Source: Girardia tigrina
Taxonomy: Eukaryota
Assembly (NCBI GenBank): GCA_001938485.1
Contig: MQRK01240735.1
Coordinates: forward strand, 1 to 58,221
Length of the DNA: 58,221 nt
Direction of reading: 5' to 3'
Position numbers and translations under genes: made by a program. This document shows, piece by piece, positions 1-13,300 of the stretch. Below the pieces are notes generated by a model. That model was not told the origin of the DNA. It saw nothing but the letters and a program-made list of their open reading frames with translations, and ran no database searches. How positions within the stretch are numbered: position 1 is the first letter of the stretch; each line of letters opens with the position of its first letter.

Positions 1-1321
1 AGTGACCTACTCTTTTATTATAATATAATTCCTATAATAAAATTAAATTGATTTTGTTAATTGAATTAACAGTTAAGTTGTAATAGTTTATTTTGAATAA
101 ATATTTATTATTATTCTCTGGAATTTTTACAAAAAGTGAGGATATCCAAAGAAGAAAAATCCTCAACAGAAACATTATTGAACAAGGAAAATGGAAAGTA
201 ATATTAAATTCATTTCAATTATTTCATACTATACAACATCTGTGAAAGAAACAGAAAAATGAAATTAAAGAGAATAAATGAAAGGATTTTAAAATAGTAC
301 ATTGGAAAAGATAAAGTTTTTGTAGTAACATAAACAGCACAATACAAACTATTGGGTTCTTGATCAAAAGAAGTTGTCATTAACGCAAAACTTTATTTCT
401 ACAATAATTTTAGTTTTTTAAACAAGTATTTTCGAGGAACTTTTGCACTTTCTTTTTACACAAACCATTATAAATAAGAATTGATATAAATATAAATATG
501 GTTATTGTATTTATTACGAATTAAAATTCGATACTTTTTTTAATAAAAAATTATAAAGTGAATTTATTAAAATTTTGTCACAAAGATTTTTTTGCATCTT
601 TTATTAAATTTAAATTTTATTGTACATTTAAATTTATCTGTTTCTCAATTAAATTTCCCAATTCTATACAATAGCATTTTTCATTTCGTTTTCATAATAG
701 TTTTAAAAATTACTTTTCGATTTAATAAAATAATGTTTTGAAAATAGAATTTAAAATCGCAATTTCGTTTAAATTTAAATAATTTCTATTATATTTATTT
801 CTAGACAATATTTCCTACCATAATTGATTCATTAGCAGTTCGGTGCCCTTATTTAGACATAATTATCATCGTAACATTTCACATCGAACAAGTAACTTTT
901 AATATTTGTTTTATTGACCGCTCGTCTGATAAGTTGACTCAATATTAATTTTCTTTGCTCTCATTCCTATTTGTCTGTTAATTTATTGAACTTTTAAAAG
1001 TATTGCGTTGTTTATTTTTAACCTAACTAATAATTAAACTTTATGAAACAAATTCTTAACTCATCAATTAATGAGACAACACTAATATAACTCATTAAAA
1101 AAATAAAAGAACAACTAAACACAGGTTGTCCGCATTTAGGAAAATCTGAGTAACGCAAAAATTAATAATGAATAATAAAAGAATATAAATACTCCTTGAT
1201 TGGTTCAGAGTATTTATATATTTTTTACTATGCTTTACATTATGCTCGAAGCAAGAACCTTCGTCATATAAATATATATTTTATAAAATTTTATGAAAAT
1301 TAGAAGTATCAATTTCTTTAC

Positions 1322-1849
1322 CTCTTTTTGATTGTTTCTAAATTATCATCCTTTCTTTGTCTTTCGAGACATCTAATTGTACACACTTCATCGGGACATT
1401 TAATATACATTATTAATTTTATCTGAGCCTTATCTCTCAATAAATTATTCCAGCCATTAAGATTTTCTTGATTTCTAGGAAATCCATCAAACAAAAACTT
1501 TGAGTGGGTACTTTTTTTAATTTCCTATATGGAAAACAAGTATTAAAATAATTATTTCGATAATTATAATTTGACAAAACATTTAATATTAGCTGACAAG
1601 TTATTGCAGAAGGAATAATCTGTCCTTCATTCATCGCCGTTTCTATTGTTTCTTTATCAGTTGAATCTGGTCTATCTCTTTCTTGGCGCAATAATTCTCC
1701 AATTTCCAAATGAACATAACCGAAATTCTATTGGGATAAAAACGTTTCAAACCAATTTTTTAAGAGCATACTTGAACAATGTTACGACATTGAGTGCCTT
1801 TTCCAGATCCAGGTTTACCAAGTACAAATACAACCGAAATCTCCGACAT
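1322..1849 (-). CDS. UMP-CMP kinase-like paralog (adenylate kinase family), exons 1-3: 1849-1772, 1727-1581, 1524-1322; 3' exons not found in window
   Basis: Spliced translation MSEISVVFVLGKPGSGKGTQCRNIVQ/NFGYVHLEIGELLRQE...ITCQLILN/EIKKSTHSKFLFDGFPRNQENLNGW...RCLERQRKDDNLETIKKR. P-loop and DGFPR motifs. GT-AG introns of 44 and 56 nt at the same positions and phases as the gene at 10330. Confidence 0.9.
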
Positions 1850-2473
1850 TTATTTTTTTGATAACGTAAATATACAAAAAAACAAATAGTTTAAATAGTT
1901 ACAAATTAACTTTAAATAATGATCACTTCTTTTATGGTCTAATTAAAGAATTATAAATACGTAATTTTAATATTGACTCAATCAAAAAGTAACAAAAAGT
2001 GATTGTTAAAAATCAATGCTTGCATTGCGTTTTGACTTGTGGGGAATATCTTATATTTAAAAATAAGTTTAAGAAAAAGATTAAATTCCATCTAATGGCA
2101 AAGATTTTAAAAATAAAGAAAAAGAAGAACGATGAAAAAGTTTGAAAGTTTTATGTCATGGTACATGTGGGACAAATGAATCGAGTATGTTAAAGTTTAT
2201 ATGTATTGGTAGAACCTAGGTGATTGGGATTGCGTAGATGATTGAAAACTTATCATCAAAGTGAGTGTGAAGAATAGTTCGCAAAGTTCAGGAAAGTGCT
2301 ACGTTTAAATATTAGGTTATCAGAAGTTTTGTTATTAAGGCATGTTTTGATTGTATATTGATAGTAACATTATTTGTAATGTTCCCAGAGAATGATATCG
2401 TTATGATAAATGATTTTAATTTAAATTATTGACTTATCTTACGTATGCCAATGTATTTCGTGGGTTTTTAATA

Positions 2474-3230
2474 TAGGGTTGCCTCATAAGTTTTGTCGCA
2501 AAAAAACACCAAAATACAATAAAATATCGTTGTCCCAGTACACCCAAATCTCATCGCAGGTGATGATTTGGGACAGGAAATCATTCCGGTGATAACTATC
2601 CAATAGCTGTTGACAAATTCTTTTGCAATTATCCTTGATGTGTTGCGTCAGAGCGTATGGCCCCCAGCAATTTTCCAGGTATCGGTATCCCATTGCATTC
2701 AAGTTCCGGCACACCATGGTTTTATCCTGATCAATACCCTCTGCAATGTTCCTCGTTGTTGCACGCTTGCCTTCAGTCAGAAACTCGATTATCTTCTCGT
2801 CTATGTCAAGAGAGGGCCGCCCTTCACGGACTTGATCGTCTGTGTTAAAGTTGTTTTCCCGAAAATTGGAAATCCACCTTTCACATGTTCTCGTTGAGAC
2901 TGTTCCAACTGTTAATTTCGTCAGTCATCTGTGAGGGTGTTAAATCCCTTTTCCAGCAATAGTAAATTAATTTACGAATATCAGAGCGATTAAAATCCGT
3001 TAGGATGGTGGAAATGTGTGAAAATTACGAAAATGGTATTATTTTATTAAAACAAAAATTCATTTTGAACAGAAAATAAAAATTATTGGACATAAGTAGA
3101 TCACAAATGCTATTTTATCTAATTCACATTTTATTATGGATTGCAAATATATAAAAATTATTTATGTGATGCAAGGAATCTGCAGTTAACATAGATATAT
3201 GTGTGCGACAAAACTTGTGAGGCAACCATA
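2474..3230 (-). mobile_element. Internally deleted mariner element
   Basis: 27-bp TIRs TAGGGTTGCCTCATAAGTTTTGTCGCA / TGCGACAAAACTTGTGAGGCAACCATA (2 mismatches) with TA flanks. Transposase remnant has a WGPYAL (WVPHEL-like) motif and FLSQIITCDEIWVYWDN. Confidence 0.9.
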
Positions 3231-3706
3231 TATAATAAATCCTGAAATGAAGTTGACAATATTTAATTTTATTATTTGTACTTCATAAAATTTACATGAT
3301 GGTCGTATGAGATTAAATCAACAGTAGGAAAAATACACGTTTTTAAGTTTATATTAAACCTCAAAACGCGCGTAAATCGAAAACTGTTTATGAAAAAATA
3401 TATTAGGAAAGCGTATCCTAAGGAAGCTCTATCACTAACCATTGTTTTTAGATATCAGATATCGAAAGTAGTAAGCGGAAAAGTTTCTCAGATTCTTATA
3501 GATCAGAAGATGGTACGGCATCTAATTACAGATAATATGATGTAATCTATCCAAGATTTGGAACAATTACTGTCATTAATCGTGGAGCTATTTTTAATAA
3601 TCAATAATTATTAATAATCATCTTACGTGGAGAAGATCATACAACAATTCAGTGACATTTCTTAACCTTTATTAGGTTCAAGGTTTTCTCTCGAGATCAT
3701 TATTAA

Positions 3707-4550
3707 CCTTCCGTTGCTCGCGTAGCCTTTAGAACACAAGTTATCGCGTGGTGTCTGACAGACACCACATATATTTTTTAGAATTTATATTATAAAAAGA
3801 CTGCATAATTTTTGTGTCATAATCTTTATTTGAAATTAAACTATTTATTAACAATTTCACAATTATCACAAACATAATTAACATGTTCTAAACATATATA
3901 ATTATCGCAATGCCTACATGTATATCTTGTCATATGGTTTTTTCTTTCGCAACTATAACATCTCTTTTTTTATATTAGTCTTATCTGTTAGTTCTACCTT
4001 TCTTTTCTTGAACTAACGCAGGTTTCAGTTTGCTTATTTTCTGTGCTTGTTTTTTTGATATATCTGAAATTTTTTCTTTTAGTTCTTTAGGTAGATATTG
4101 CACTTTTCGTCTTTTTCTTAGTTAATTAGCTACTAATTCAAAGGATAATGTTTTTATAAAGTTTTTTCTATTTTTTAATATTGGGTTTTTCTTACCTATG
4201 TATAAAATATACGCATTTATGGAAACTACATTCAATATAGTATAGAAGATAGTCATAGGCCATCTATTTGTATTCTTTGCCACAGATTAAGCCACACATA
4301 ATTTGTCATCAATATCAACACCGGATTTCGTATCGTTATAAAACGTTATAATTTCTGTTTTATATGTTTTAAAACCAATACAAAAAATATTTTTAGCATT
4401 TTTACATGCTTATCTGTTAAAGAGATTAAAAAGAATCGTTTATCTTTAAACAATAAAGAAACTATAAAAGTTATTGGTAAGCGTGGACTTAGGACAAAAA
4501 AGCAGAGGATTCACGAGTTTAGAAATTATTTTGCTTGTTAGTATGAAGGG
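3707..4550 (-). mobile_element. Deleted piggyBac-family element
   Basis: TTAA at both ends (3703-3706, 4551-4554) with imperfect CC(C/T)TTC termini. Minus-strand remnant ETKSGVDIDDK...RWPMTIFYTILNVVSINAYILY and Cys-rich C-terminus RCYSCERK...TCRHCDNYICLEH. Confidence 0.8.
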
Positions 4551-5139
4551 TTAATTTAAATTTGCATTTCGGCAAAATAGTTTATTATTTTTTTTAATTT
4601 GAAAGTTTAAAAAAAGTACATAAATACAAAAGTTTAAAATTAAAAATGATATAATAAAGAAAACCATCCAAAATTAAATATTTATTTAAAAATAAAAATA
4701 TGTTAATTTAAATATGTGCTTTGTATCATTTTCAAATCTTTGGCGAAACTCATTTTTTTCATTAATTAAATCATCCATTTGAATATTGAGATCGCATAGT
4801 CCTTTGGAGTTGAAAAGGGATGTTGTTTACTTGACTGATATCGTACAAGTGCCCTAGATTGTCGAGGTACTTTGGGAATATCACTGTTGAATTCTTTAGA
4901 TTTGTCTAAATCTGATTGACAAACGGGTGAGAATCGATCTTCCGTTCGATGCAAAGCCAGCTCCATGGTGGCATGACTGACAAGCTGCAAGCCGGCACCG
5001 GCGGACATTGCTTCATATTGAAAACTACTGCTTAATGGATCGGTGATTTCGAAAAACAGAGTTGCCAGCCTCAAACTGAGAAAAAACTCAAATTCTGTGA
5101 GTCTTCATAAAAATCCACTAGCCTTTGAGATAACAGAAG

Positions 5140-5802
5140 TGTTGGGATATCTATGTGATTTACAAAATAAAGACAAAACAAGATCTTAATAAAAAAAATA
5201 TTTATTTTTTATGTACACAGATTACAAGCTTAAATTGAATTCTTAATCCTATTTAGAATTTAGATATTGAGTAGGGGATGAAACGAATCGTTTACCTCCA
5301 ATCAATTTAGGGGTATAAATAATAATATATTATTCAATATATAATTTATATGATTACGTATTCTTGTACCTTTTGATTAATTTTCTCCGTTCGTTCGAAT
5401 GTTCAATTTGGTCAATGCCTTTTATAGTCTTGATTCAATTATTTATGTAAATATAACCGATTGTCAACAATGTTTGCACTTATTAGTTAGTTCGTCCTTG
5501 AACTTAAAAATATGTTCTTTTCTCTTTTTTTTGTCTTACTTTTCTTCTTTTTCTTCCATCTTTTGTAATACCTTTCTTGATATATAATTCATTCTATTTA
5601 TCTAATTTACAGTTCTGTTTATCTTTTTAATATAAATACCTTATTTTAAAATTCTGAGTATTTATGTCCTAAATTCACTTAAATCTAATTATTTTTATAT
5701 AATTCATATTTCTTATAGTAAAAAGGTAAATAATCTTTTATTATACCTATTTAATTAAAACAAATATTAATTTTTATTATTTATATTTTTATATACTCAA
5801 CA
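5140..5802. mobile_element. Solo LTR (family A)
   Basis: TGTTGGG...CTCAACA termini, 4-bp TSD GAAG, interrupts the hAT transposase. Confidence 0.75.
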
Positions 5803-6045
5803 GAAGTATCAGTGGATTCTTTGTCAATTACCTGAAGTGCTTCCTCAATCACAAGCAGCATCTCATCAACACATGCAATTGCGCACTATGTCACAGTAAA
5901 CCTTGTAGAAAAGAGTGGAATGCAGCTGGGTTTGGGGAGACCCTATTGCTTCTGACTCAAAACGAACCAAAGCACATTGTTTTGGTGATCGTAGCATAAA
6001 AGTTATGAGTTCGTGAATGAGCTGTAGGAAGTCACGCATGAGGGG

Positions 6046-6509
6046 TGTTATGAGAACTCACACATTTGACAGAACATTTATTACATTCACATTTCTTATC
6101 ATCTTTATGATGATCAATAGTATTGCTTTCACTTAAATCCATCAATCAATTTTCAATATCTCTCATTATAATCTGAACTATACTTGAGAAGATTATTTTA
6201 TTTAAAAATATTTAATTTAAATTTTATTGGCTGAAATAAAATATTTTTATAGTTATTTGTAAACATTAATTTGATTTTAATTATTTAAAAATTTATAAAA
6301 ATAAAATCAATAAAATTATTTAAAAGTTGCAATAATAAAAATTAAAAATTTGAATATTAAATCTAAATTTAAATAAATTAGTTTCAGATTATAAGAAATT
6401 AAATATTGATAATCCATCTGGTTAGGAGAGGCACAATCCAAAATCAACATACAACATTTAAACATGCAAACACTACACAAAAACATCCACACACCAAATA
6501 TTCCTCACA
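6046..6509. mobile_element. Solo LTR (family B)
   Basis: TGTTATG...TTCCTCACA termini, 5-bp TSD AGGGG. Shares the ATCCATCTGG..AGGAGAG.CACAAT..ACATACAACA block with the 12277 and 37283 copies. Confidence 0.8.
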
Positions 6510-7670
6510 AGGGGCATTCTGGAGACTGCATCCTGAATTGCCAGATTCACGCAGTGCATAAGGCAGTGTGTTTTGACAACACTTGGAAATTTCTTTGAAT
6601 TGGCTACTCCGATTGTCTCACCTTTGAAAGCTGCTGTCACGTCAAAACACACAACTTTACAATCCTTCATTTCGAACTTTAGTCGAAATAAAACATCTTC
6701 CATGAACTTGAAAATTGTTGGGCTAAGTGAGTACATTCCAAAAAACGTTTCTTTCATATTATAGTTGTCACTAATTGTTCTAAGGCAGACCGTCAGCTGC
6801 TCCTGACTGCTGATATCTGCTGTTTCATCAGCAATGATGCAAAAATATTTTTTTCCTTTGTTACTTTTGCGAAATAGCGAATAAAGGTAAGGGACATGCT
6901 GTATAGAATTACTTCCAGAATTTCTACCGATGTCCATGTGGTATTTCTATTCAACCAGAGAAGTAAATTACTTGAATCACCGCATCGGAGTTTTAATCCC
7001 TTCTTGAAATTGCTGTTCACATCTTCATGTCCACGAATAGCAAGGCCTTGACGCGCACGAAACAGAAGTGAGGAAAACACCTGTGTTAAGCATTCTTTGG
7101 CGCTCTTTCTTTCAGTTTCATTTTGAAGATTCAATTGGTTGAGAACATTGCTGCACTGCAAGAGATTCAAGAACTTTTAGGCAGATTGAAAGAGTGAAAA
7201 ACTCCTCGCATGATCCCCGAAACGCTAGGTTACCTTCTTCCAATTTGTGAAGCTCTTGGTAGAAAATGCCGTCTCACTTTTGACTTTTTTTTATTTGGTG
7301 ATGGGAGTCGAATGACCAGTTGTAGCACTCTTGAAAAAAGTGTCGATTCGACGCATACTCTACAAAATAAATTAAAGTAAATTCAAAATGTTTGAAGGTA
7401 TCGGAGTAGTTTTAAAAATCACTAATTTACATCATAATAGATTAGAGTTATAAATCACAAGAACAGAAATCGATGAGCTTTTAAAATTACACAAAATGTA
7501 TTATTTTAACCAAAGTCACAACTTTTTAAAATTTTTATAACATCAACAAAGCCAAATTAAAGCGTTCAAACAAAAAAGCAATTTTTGTTTTACATTATAA
7601 TAATTTTAAATAAAATACAGTTTTACATATAACAAAAATAATTTCGCAAAATCTTTTCCTTTAAAATCAC

Positions 7671-7673
<3 letters not shown>

Positions 7674-7712
<39 letters not shown>

Positions 7713-7786
7713 NNNNNNNNNNNNNNNNNNNNNNNNNNNNNNNNNNNNNNNNNNNNNNNNNNATATATATATATATATATATATAT
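7674..7786. repeat. (TA)n microsatellite spanning an assembly gap
   Basis: TA runs on both sides of an N stretch. Confidence 0.95.
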
Positions 7787-7875
7787 AATTACAGTTTTAT
7801 GAAGTCAAATTGTTAATTTCCATCAATAATTCGCTCTTCTCATTTAATGTGCAAATGTTACCAACTTAACTAAAT

Positions 7876-8659
7876 TGTTGAGTATAAAAATATAAATATT
7901 TAAAAATTAATATTGTTTTAATTAAATAGGTATAATAAAAATAAATTATTTACCTTCTTACCATAATAAATATAAAATATATATAAATAAACAAATTAAA
8001 ATAANNNNNNNNNNNNNNNNNNNNNNNNNNNNNNNNNNNNNNNNNNNNNNNNNNNNNNNNNNNNNNNNNNNNNNNNNNNNNNNNNNNNNNNNNNNNNNNN
8101 NNNNNNNNNNNNNNNNNNAGAAAGATTTTAGAAAGAATCAGAACAAAAGCTTAAGAAGAAGGCGATTATAAATTAGAAGAAAAGTTGATAAGAACCTTAA
8201 TTATCTTTAATTAAGTATTTTAAAGTTCGACAAAGGAATTCGAAGTTCGACAAAGGAATTCGACCTCTCGCATAAATTATCTCACACAGAGATAATCGAA
8301 TTCACGAGCGACTTATATATAAAGACGACGCGTAACCGTCATCAAATCATCCAAAGTCGAGATTGAAAAAAATCATCATAATTCGAGATTCAATTGAACG
8401 GAGAGTCGTATAATTATTGTGATAAAGGTTCGAGCAAATTGAAATATATAAATTATATAAATTATATTTTTATATATAAAATCAAAAGGGCAGAAGAAGT
8501 TTTCTTCTCCCTCTTATCTAATTTTTAAATTCTAAATAGGATAAGTTCTTTTTAAAATATTGTTTTAAACCTGTAAGGTTGTACATAATAAATAAATCTT
8601 TTATAAATAATCTCTTGTTTTTATTTCGTTTTTGTGATAATCACGCTAATACACCAACA
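7876..8659. mobile_element. Solo LTR (family A, opposite orientation to the 5140 copy)
   Basis: TGTTGAGTAT...CACCAACA termini, 4-bp TSD AAAT. Start is the reverse complement of the end of the 5140-5802 copy. Confidence 0.75.
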
Positions 8660-10329
8660 AAATTACAAAACAGTACCAAATATGCAGTACTAACGGGAAA
8701 AGCCTATATTTAAAATAGTAAAATAAGTGATAATTCGAAAAGGTTATGCAAATTATTGGGGGGGGGGAAAGATACTCTTGTCCAATAAAATTAATATTGA
8801 GGGGACGGCGGCCCCTTCGCTCCCCTCAAGATCGACACCACTGATCGATGTAGCTGTTATGTATCACGAAGAACCCGATCTGCAGTTGGAGGGGATTTAT
8901 GTTTGCTGCAATGAAGCTAATGGAGGAGAGTGTGTTTTTCGAGCAGGACCCTTCGGACAGACATTTCGACTAGACAATTTCATTTTCGGACAAAGTATAG
9001 TAGGAACCAATGGGGCAAGTTGTCACTGCAATGAAGGCGCCGACGCAGATCAAGTGTCGTGGGAGGAGACCACAAGTAAATTAATATTAAATTATTCCCC
9101 CAGATCTCTAGATCGTCTCACGACTACAGAGTGCCGCAACTGCGTTCCATTAGCTCTTCTATCATAATTGATGTCTCAGCTTGACTAGTGAAATAGTGAA
9201 TATAAATTTTTTACTCTGATGTTTCTCATGTTTAAGTTGTTAAAACTAAGAGTTATCTAAATGTTTAAAAGTTGTTTTTCATAATTACGAATTTCACAGA
9301 GAGCTTTTCAGGAATTGAGTTGGTGTATCATTGTATAAGCAAACTCGCTTACCCTCAACTGATTATGCGCCCCGCCATTACGCGATTCCATAATCCCACT
9401 CAGATAGCATGCCTTGCCCTCCATACTATGTAGATCAACACCCCAACAAGCAAAGAGAGGAGAGGACTCTAGTTTCCAAGGGACACCGCGTGGACGTATG
9501 TCAGTCTGACTTAAAATAGGTTACCAATGTAACAGGTTCCCACAATGAAAAATAATGTTTCTGAACCTTAAATTTCATTATTATGTATGAAATAATTATA
9601 AAATTAAAGAAAGCATACAACATTAAGTTAAAAATTCAGTAACAATATTAAATTAATGGCCGAAGTGGCCGGTTTCTTCTGCCAGTCCTACTGAGCAAAT
9701 GATGACACAATCTTCTCAGCTAAAAGTAATAAACCTGGTACATATGATTTGACTTATGATAATGATGGCAAATAATTTTTTAATTTTTGAGATAAACTGA
9801 TAATGCATTACTTCCAAAATATGTGGCTGTTCAAAACGCAGTTCGTACTATTCGTTGCTATGTCCAATGGAAAATGTCGAAAGTATTTTACTTAATATTG
9901 CTATTTTGGTAATTTTTACTAAATGAAATTAGATTTAAAAAATTATGAAATATCGTGTATAATAAAATATAAGTTTAGAATTATTTTTATGATAACATCA
10001 GTATTTGGGTAAGTTAATAATTTAATGTTATTCCATCATAATTTATTAAAAATATAAATATTCAAAATTTCAGATTTAACTCAAATACTTTAGTGAATAC
10101 ATTTCAAGCAGTTGGAAATCATATTTACTTTACAATAATCATTTTCAACGGTTTTAATTATAATTTGTCGTTTTGTTTAATCGTTTTCAATAAACAATTG
10201 TAAATCAAGTAATAAAATAATTTGACGAAATTGTTTTAAAAATTAATTTCGACAAAAAAGTTACTATCAAATCAACCTAAAGCTTTAATTTTCTGAGAGA
10301 AACTAACTTTATTTTATCAATTATCGATT

Positions 10330-13300
10330 ATGAATTCGCCTAGTGGAGATGTAGGACACGATAAATTTACTGTGGTTTTCATTCTGGGAGGACCTGGATG
10401 CGGCAAGGGTACTCAGTGCGCCAATATCTCGCGAGTAATTTCCATGTTTTATGACGGGAAACTGTTTTGTGTCGATTTTCTTAATGATTTATTTTTATTT
10501 TCTATCCAAAGAAATTTTAAGCAAAATAATTATTCTAAAAATAAAAAAAAAATTTTTAATTTAATGTTTTTTTCTTTTTGGAAATTTTTTTATATCGCCT
10601 TACACAAATGTTTTTAAAATCAGAATATTTTTAACATATATTTTTTTTCAATTTTATACAAAAGAATTAAGGAAAAAAATATTTTTTATTATCTATAATT
10701 TAATTATTCATTTGTCTATTTATTATTATATATTATTTAATTATTTTCTTATTATTAATAATTATTATTTAATACTTTTTTTATTATTATTCATAATAAT
10801 AATCTAAACCCTGAATTTTTAATGATTTATTTTTATTTTTTTAAAGATTTATTTTTTATTGTTTTTTATATTTTATCTAAAGAAATTCTAAGTAAAAATA
10901 TTCTTCTAAAAAAATTCCAAAATATTATATTTTTCTTGTTTTTTTTTCTTTTGGTAAACTCTTTCATATCGCCTCCGACACATTTTCAAAATCATAATAT
11001 TTTTTCGAAATTTATTTAATTATTATTCTTATATATAATTTAATTATTTATTTGAATAATTATTAATATGTACTTCTTTATAAATTACTATTTACTTTTT
11101 TACTTTTTATTAATAATAATTATTTAATAATTTATTATTTTAATATGATTATTTAATTTAACCCATTTTTAATGATTTATTTTCATCCAAAGAAATTTTA
11201 AGTAAAAATATTTATAATAATTAAAAAATTTTTGTTTTTTCTTTTTGAAAACTGTTTTAAATTACCTTCCATAAATATTTATACCATCATAATGTTTTGA
11301 AAATTATTTTTGTGAATTTTATACAGCAAAATTAACCAAAAAATATTTTTTTTAAAAAAATACAAAAAAAATTTAAAAAAATGTTTGTAAAAAGATTTAT
11401 GGGAGGCGATAGAAAACAGTTTTTAAACGAAAAAAAACAAAAAAAACAGAAGTTTTTTAATTTTTGAGAAAATTATTTTGACAGAATTTCTTCGGATAAA
11501 AATAAATGATCAATAAAGTGAAATTAAAGTTTGAAATGTGCAAAATAAATAAATAATCATGTAAATAAATAAACAGCAGAACTTTGTTAATACGGACTTC
11601 ATGGTACATTGAAAGACAGCGCGTATTAAACAAAGTCTGTTGTAACGAAGTTTTACTGAAGAACGGTATTTTAGTTTGGAAACTCTTCAACTAGAAATAT
11701 TTTTATAATTATTTTTTAAATGATTGATCAATATTTTTCATAAAGAAAGATTTTTTGAGTGTTTAAAAATCATTAAAACTCAAATTTTAAGAGAAATACA
11801 AACAAAATATTTTATTAAGAAATTTCAAAATAATTTTTATTAAAATCAAATTTTATTGTCGCAATATTTTTCGGTGGAATTTCCACCATCTTCAGGCTGA
11901 ATTAACGACAATTTCGCTGTCGTATGTATAGCAAATTGATGATTATGCAAACATCTTGCGTAATAACTAATTAAATATTTTCAACAAATTGGAAGAGAGA
12001 TTTGTTTGGACATTAATGCACGGATTAAGTGATTTAATCAATAATGCCTCACAAGTAACTCTTTCCCAATATTTTTTAAAATTACTGCACAATATCTTCA
12101 AATTAGTTGTTTTCACCTCCGATCTACAACCCTTCATATGTCCAGCAATATTACTCCCATTACCCAATCGTCCATGCTCCTGACTCCGTTTACAGAGATG
12201 ACGAGACGTCTCTCCAATGTATATAACGTTGCACCCATTACACGAAAATTGATAAACCAGATTGGAACATAAACTCTATTAAGAACACTAATTAGACTTT
12301 AGATATTTTTATTTACACAACAATTTTGATTGTACAATTGCACTGTAAACTAAATTGATTAATGATTTAATTCTAATTATTTTTTAGCAAATGGAGAAAT
12401 AAATAATTTATTAAAATATTTACTCAAAACTTATTGGATTAAAATAAAATAATTATTTAAAAAATATTAATTTGATTTATTTATTAAAAATTGTAAATAA
12501 AATTAATTAACTTATTTAAAATTTTACAATTATTTTAAATTAGAAATAAATTTAAACATAACATATTTTTAGATAATAAGAATTAAAATATTAATCATCC
12601 ATCTGGGTAGGAGAGACACAATTCCACATAAACATACAACATTCAAACACAAAACATCAAACATTCAAAATATTCCTCACAAACTCAAAGGAGTACGAAA
12701 TTTATTGCTGAACAAAACTTTGAATTTTGTAAGATTTAGTAATGACTTTTAAATTCAAATATAAATTCAAATATTGTGCAGTAATTGTAAAAATTATTGG
12801 GAAAGAGTTACTTGTGAGGCATTATTGATTAAATCACTTAATCCTTGCATTAATTTCCAAACAAGTCTCTTCCAATTTGTTGAAAATATTTAATTAGTTA
12901 TTACTCAAGATGTTTACATAATCATCAATTTGCTATATATAAGACCAGTGGTTCCCAAACTTCCTTGCCAGGCGCCCCACTAAATATAAAAAAAATTTGG
13001 CGCCCCCTACATGTTCCACCAGGATATATGGTGTTATAAAAATGCTTAAATTATTATTGTTATTAAGTGAATTTTTAAATTTAATTTTAATTTAACACAT
13101 GGACTGTGTGTTTCATCGTAAATTCTCAGCCTACTTCCATGTTTGAAACGCATTCTACCCATCTATAGAAAACTTCATGAAAATAGGTTAAACCCGTTTA
13201 TTTTAAATATTCAAATTTACCTCATCTTCATTAAATTTGTTCTTAATCTCACTATGTAAATAAGGAAGTTGAGAATACTGTTCATAAATGGTTGCTCGGC

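Larger units (their letters stand above)
4766..8843 (-). mobile_element. Decayed hAT transposon (ZMYM1/THAP12-like transposase) interrupted by three solo LTRs
   Basis: Fragments ARQGLAIRGHED, IIADETADISSQEQLTVCLR, THCLMHCVNLAIQDA; reading continues across the LTR insertions (…SRMPL/MRDFLQLIHEL…). hAT-like terminus CAGTGGTGTCGAT on minus strand ending at 8843. Confidence 0.8.
11830..12740 (-). mobile_element. Penelope-like element 3' end (GIY-YIG endonuclease and pLTR), interrupted by a solo LTR
   Basis: Minus translation [33 protein letters not shown]...[20 protein letters not shown]; reading resumes after the 12277-12681 insertion. Confidence 0.85.

Noticed and set aside
805-891. Possible plus-strand 87-nt exon (AG...GTAACT, open frame)
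   Set aside because: No recognisable homology or partner exons; such signals arise by chance in AT-rich DNA.
1-1321. Exons 4-5 of the kinase paralog
   Set aside because: Candidate acceptors give immediate stops (RFLLRA*, RFS*) and no similarity to exon 4 of the plus copy; probably outside the window.
8727-9167. 146-aa Cys-containing ORF
   Set aside because: Starts at GTG and runs across the hAT terminus; no recognisable domain or exon structure.
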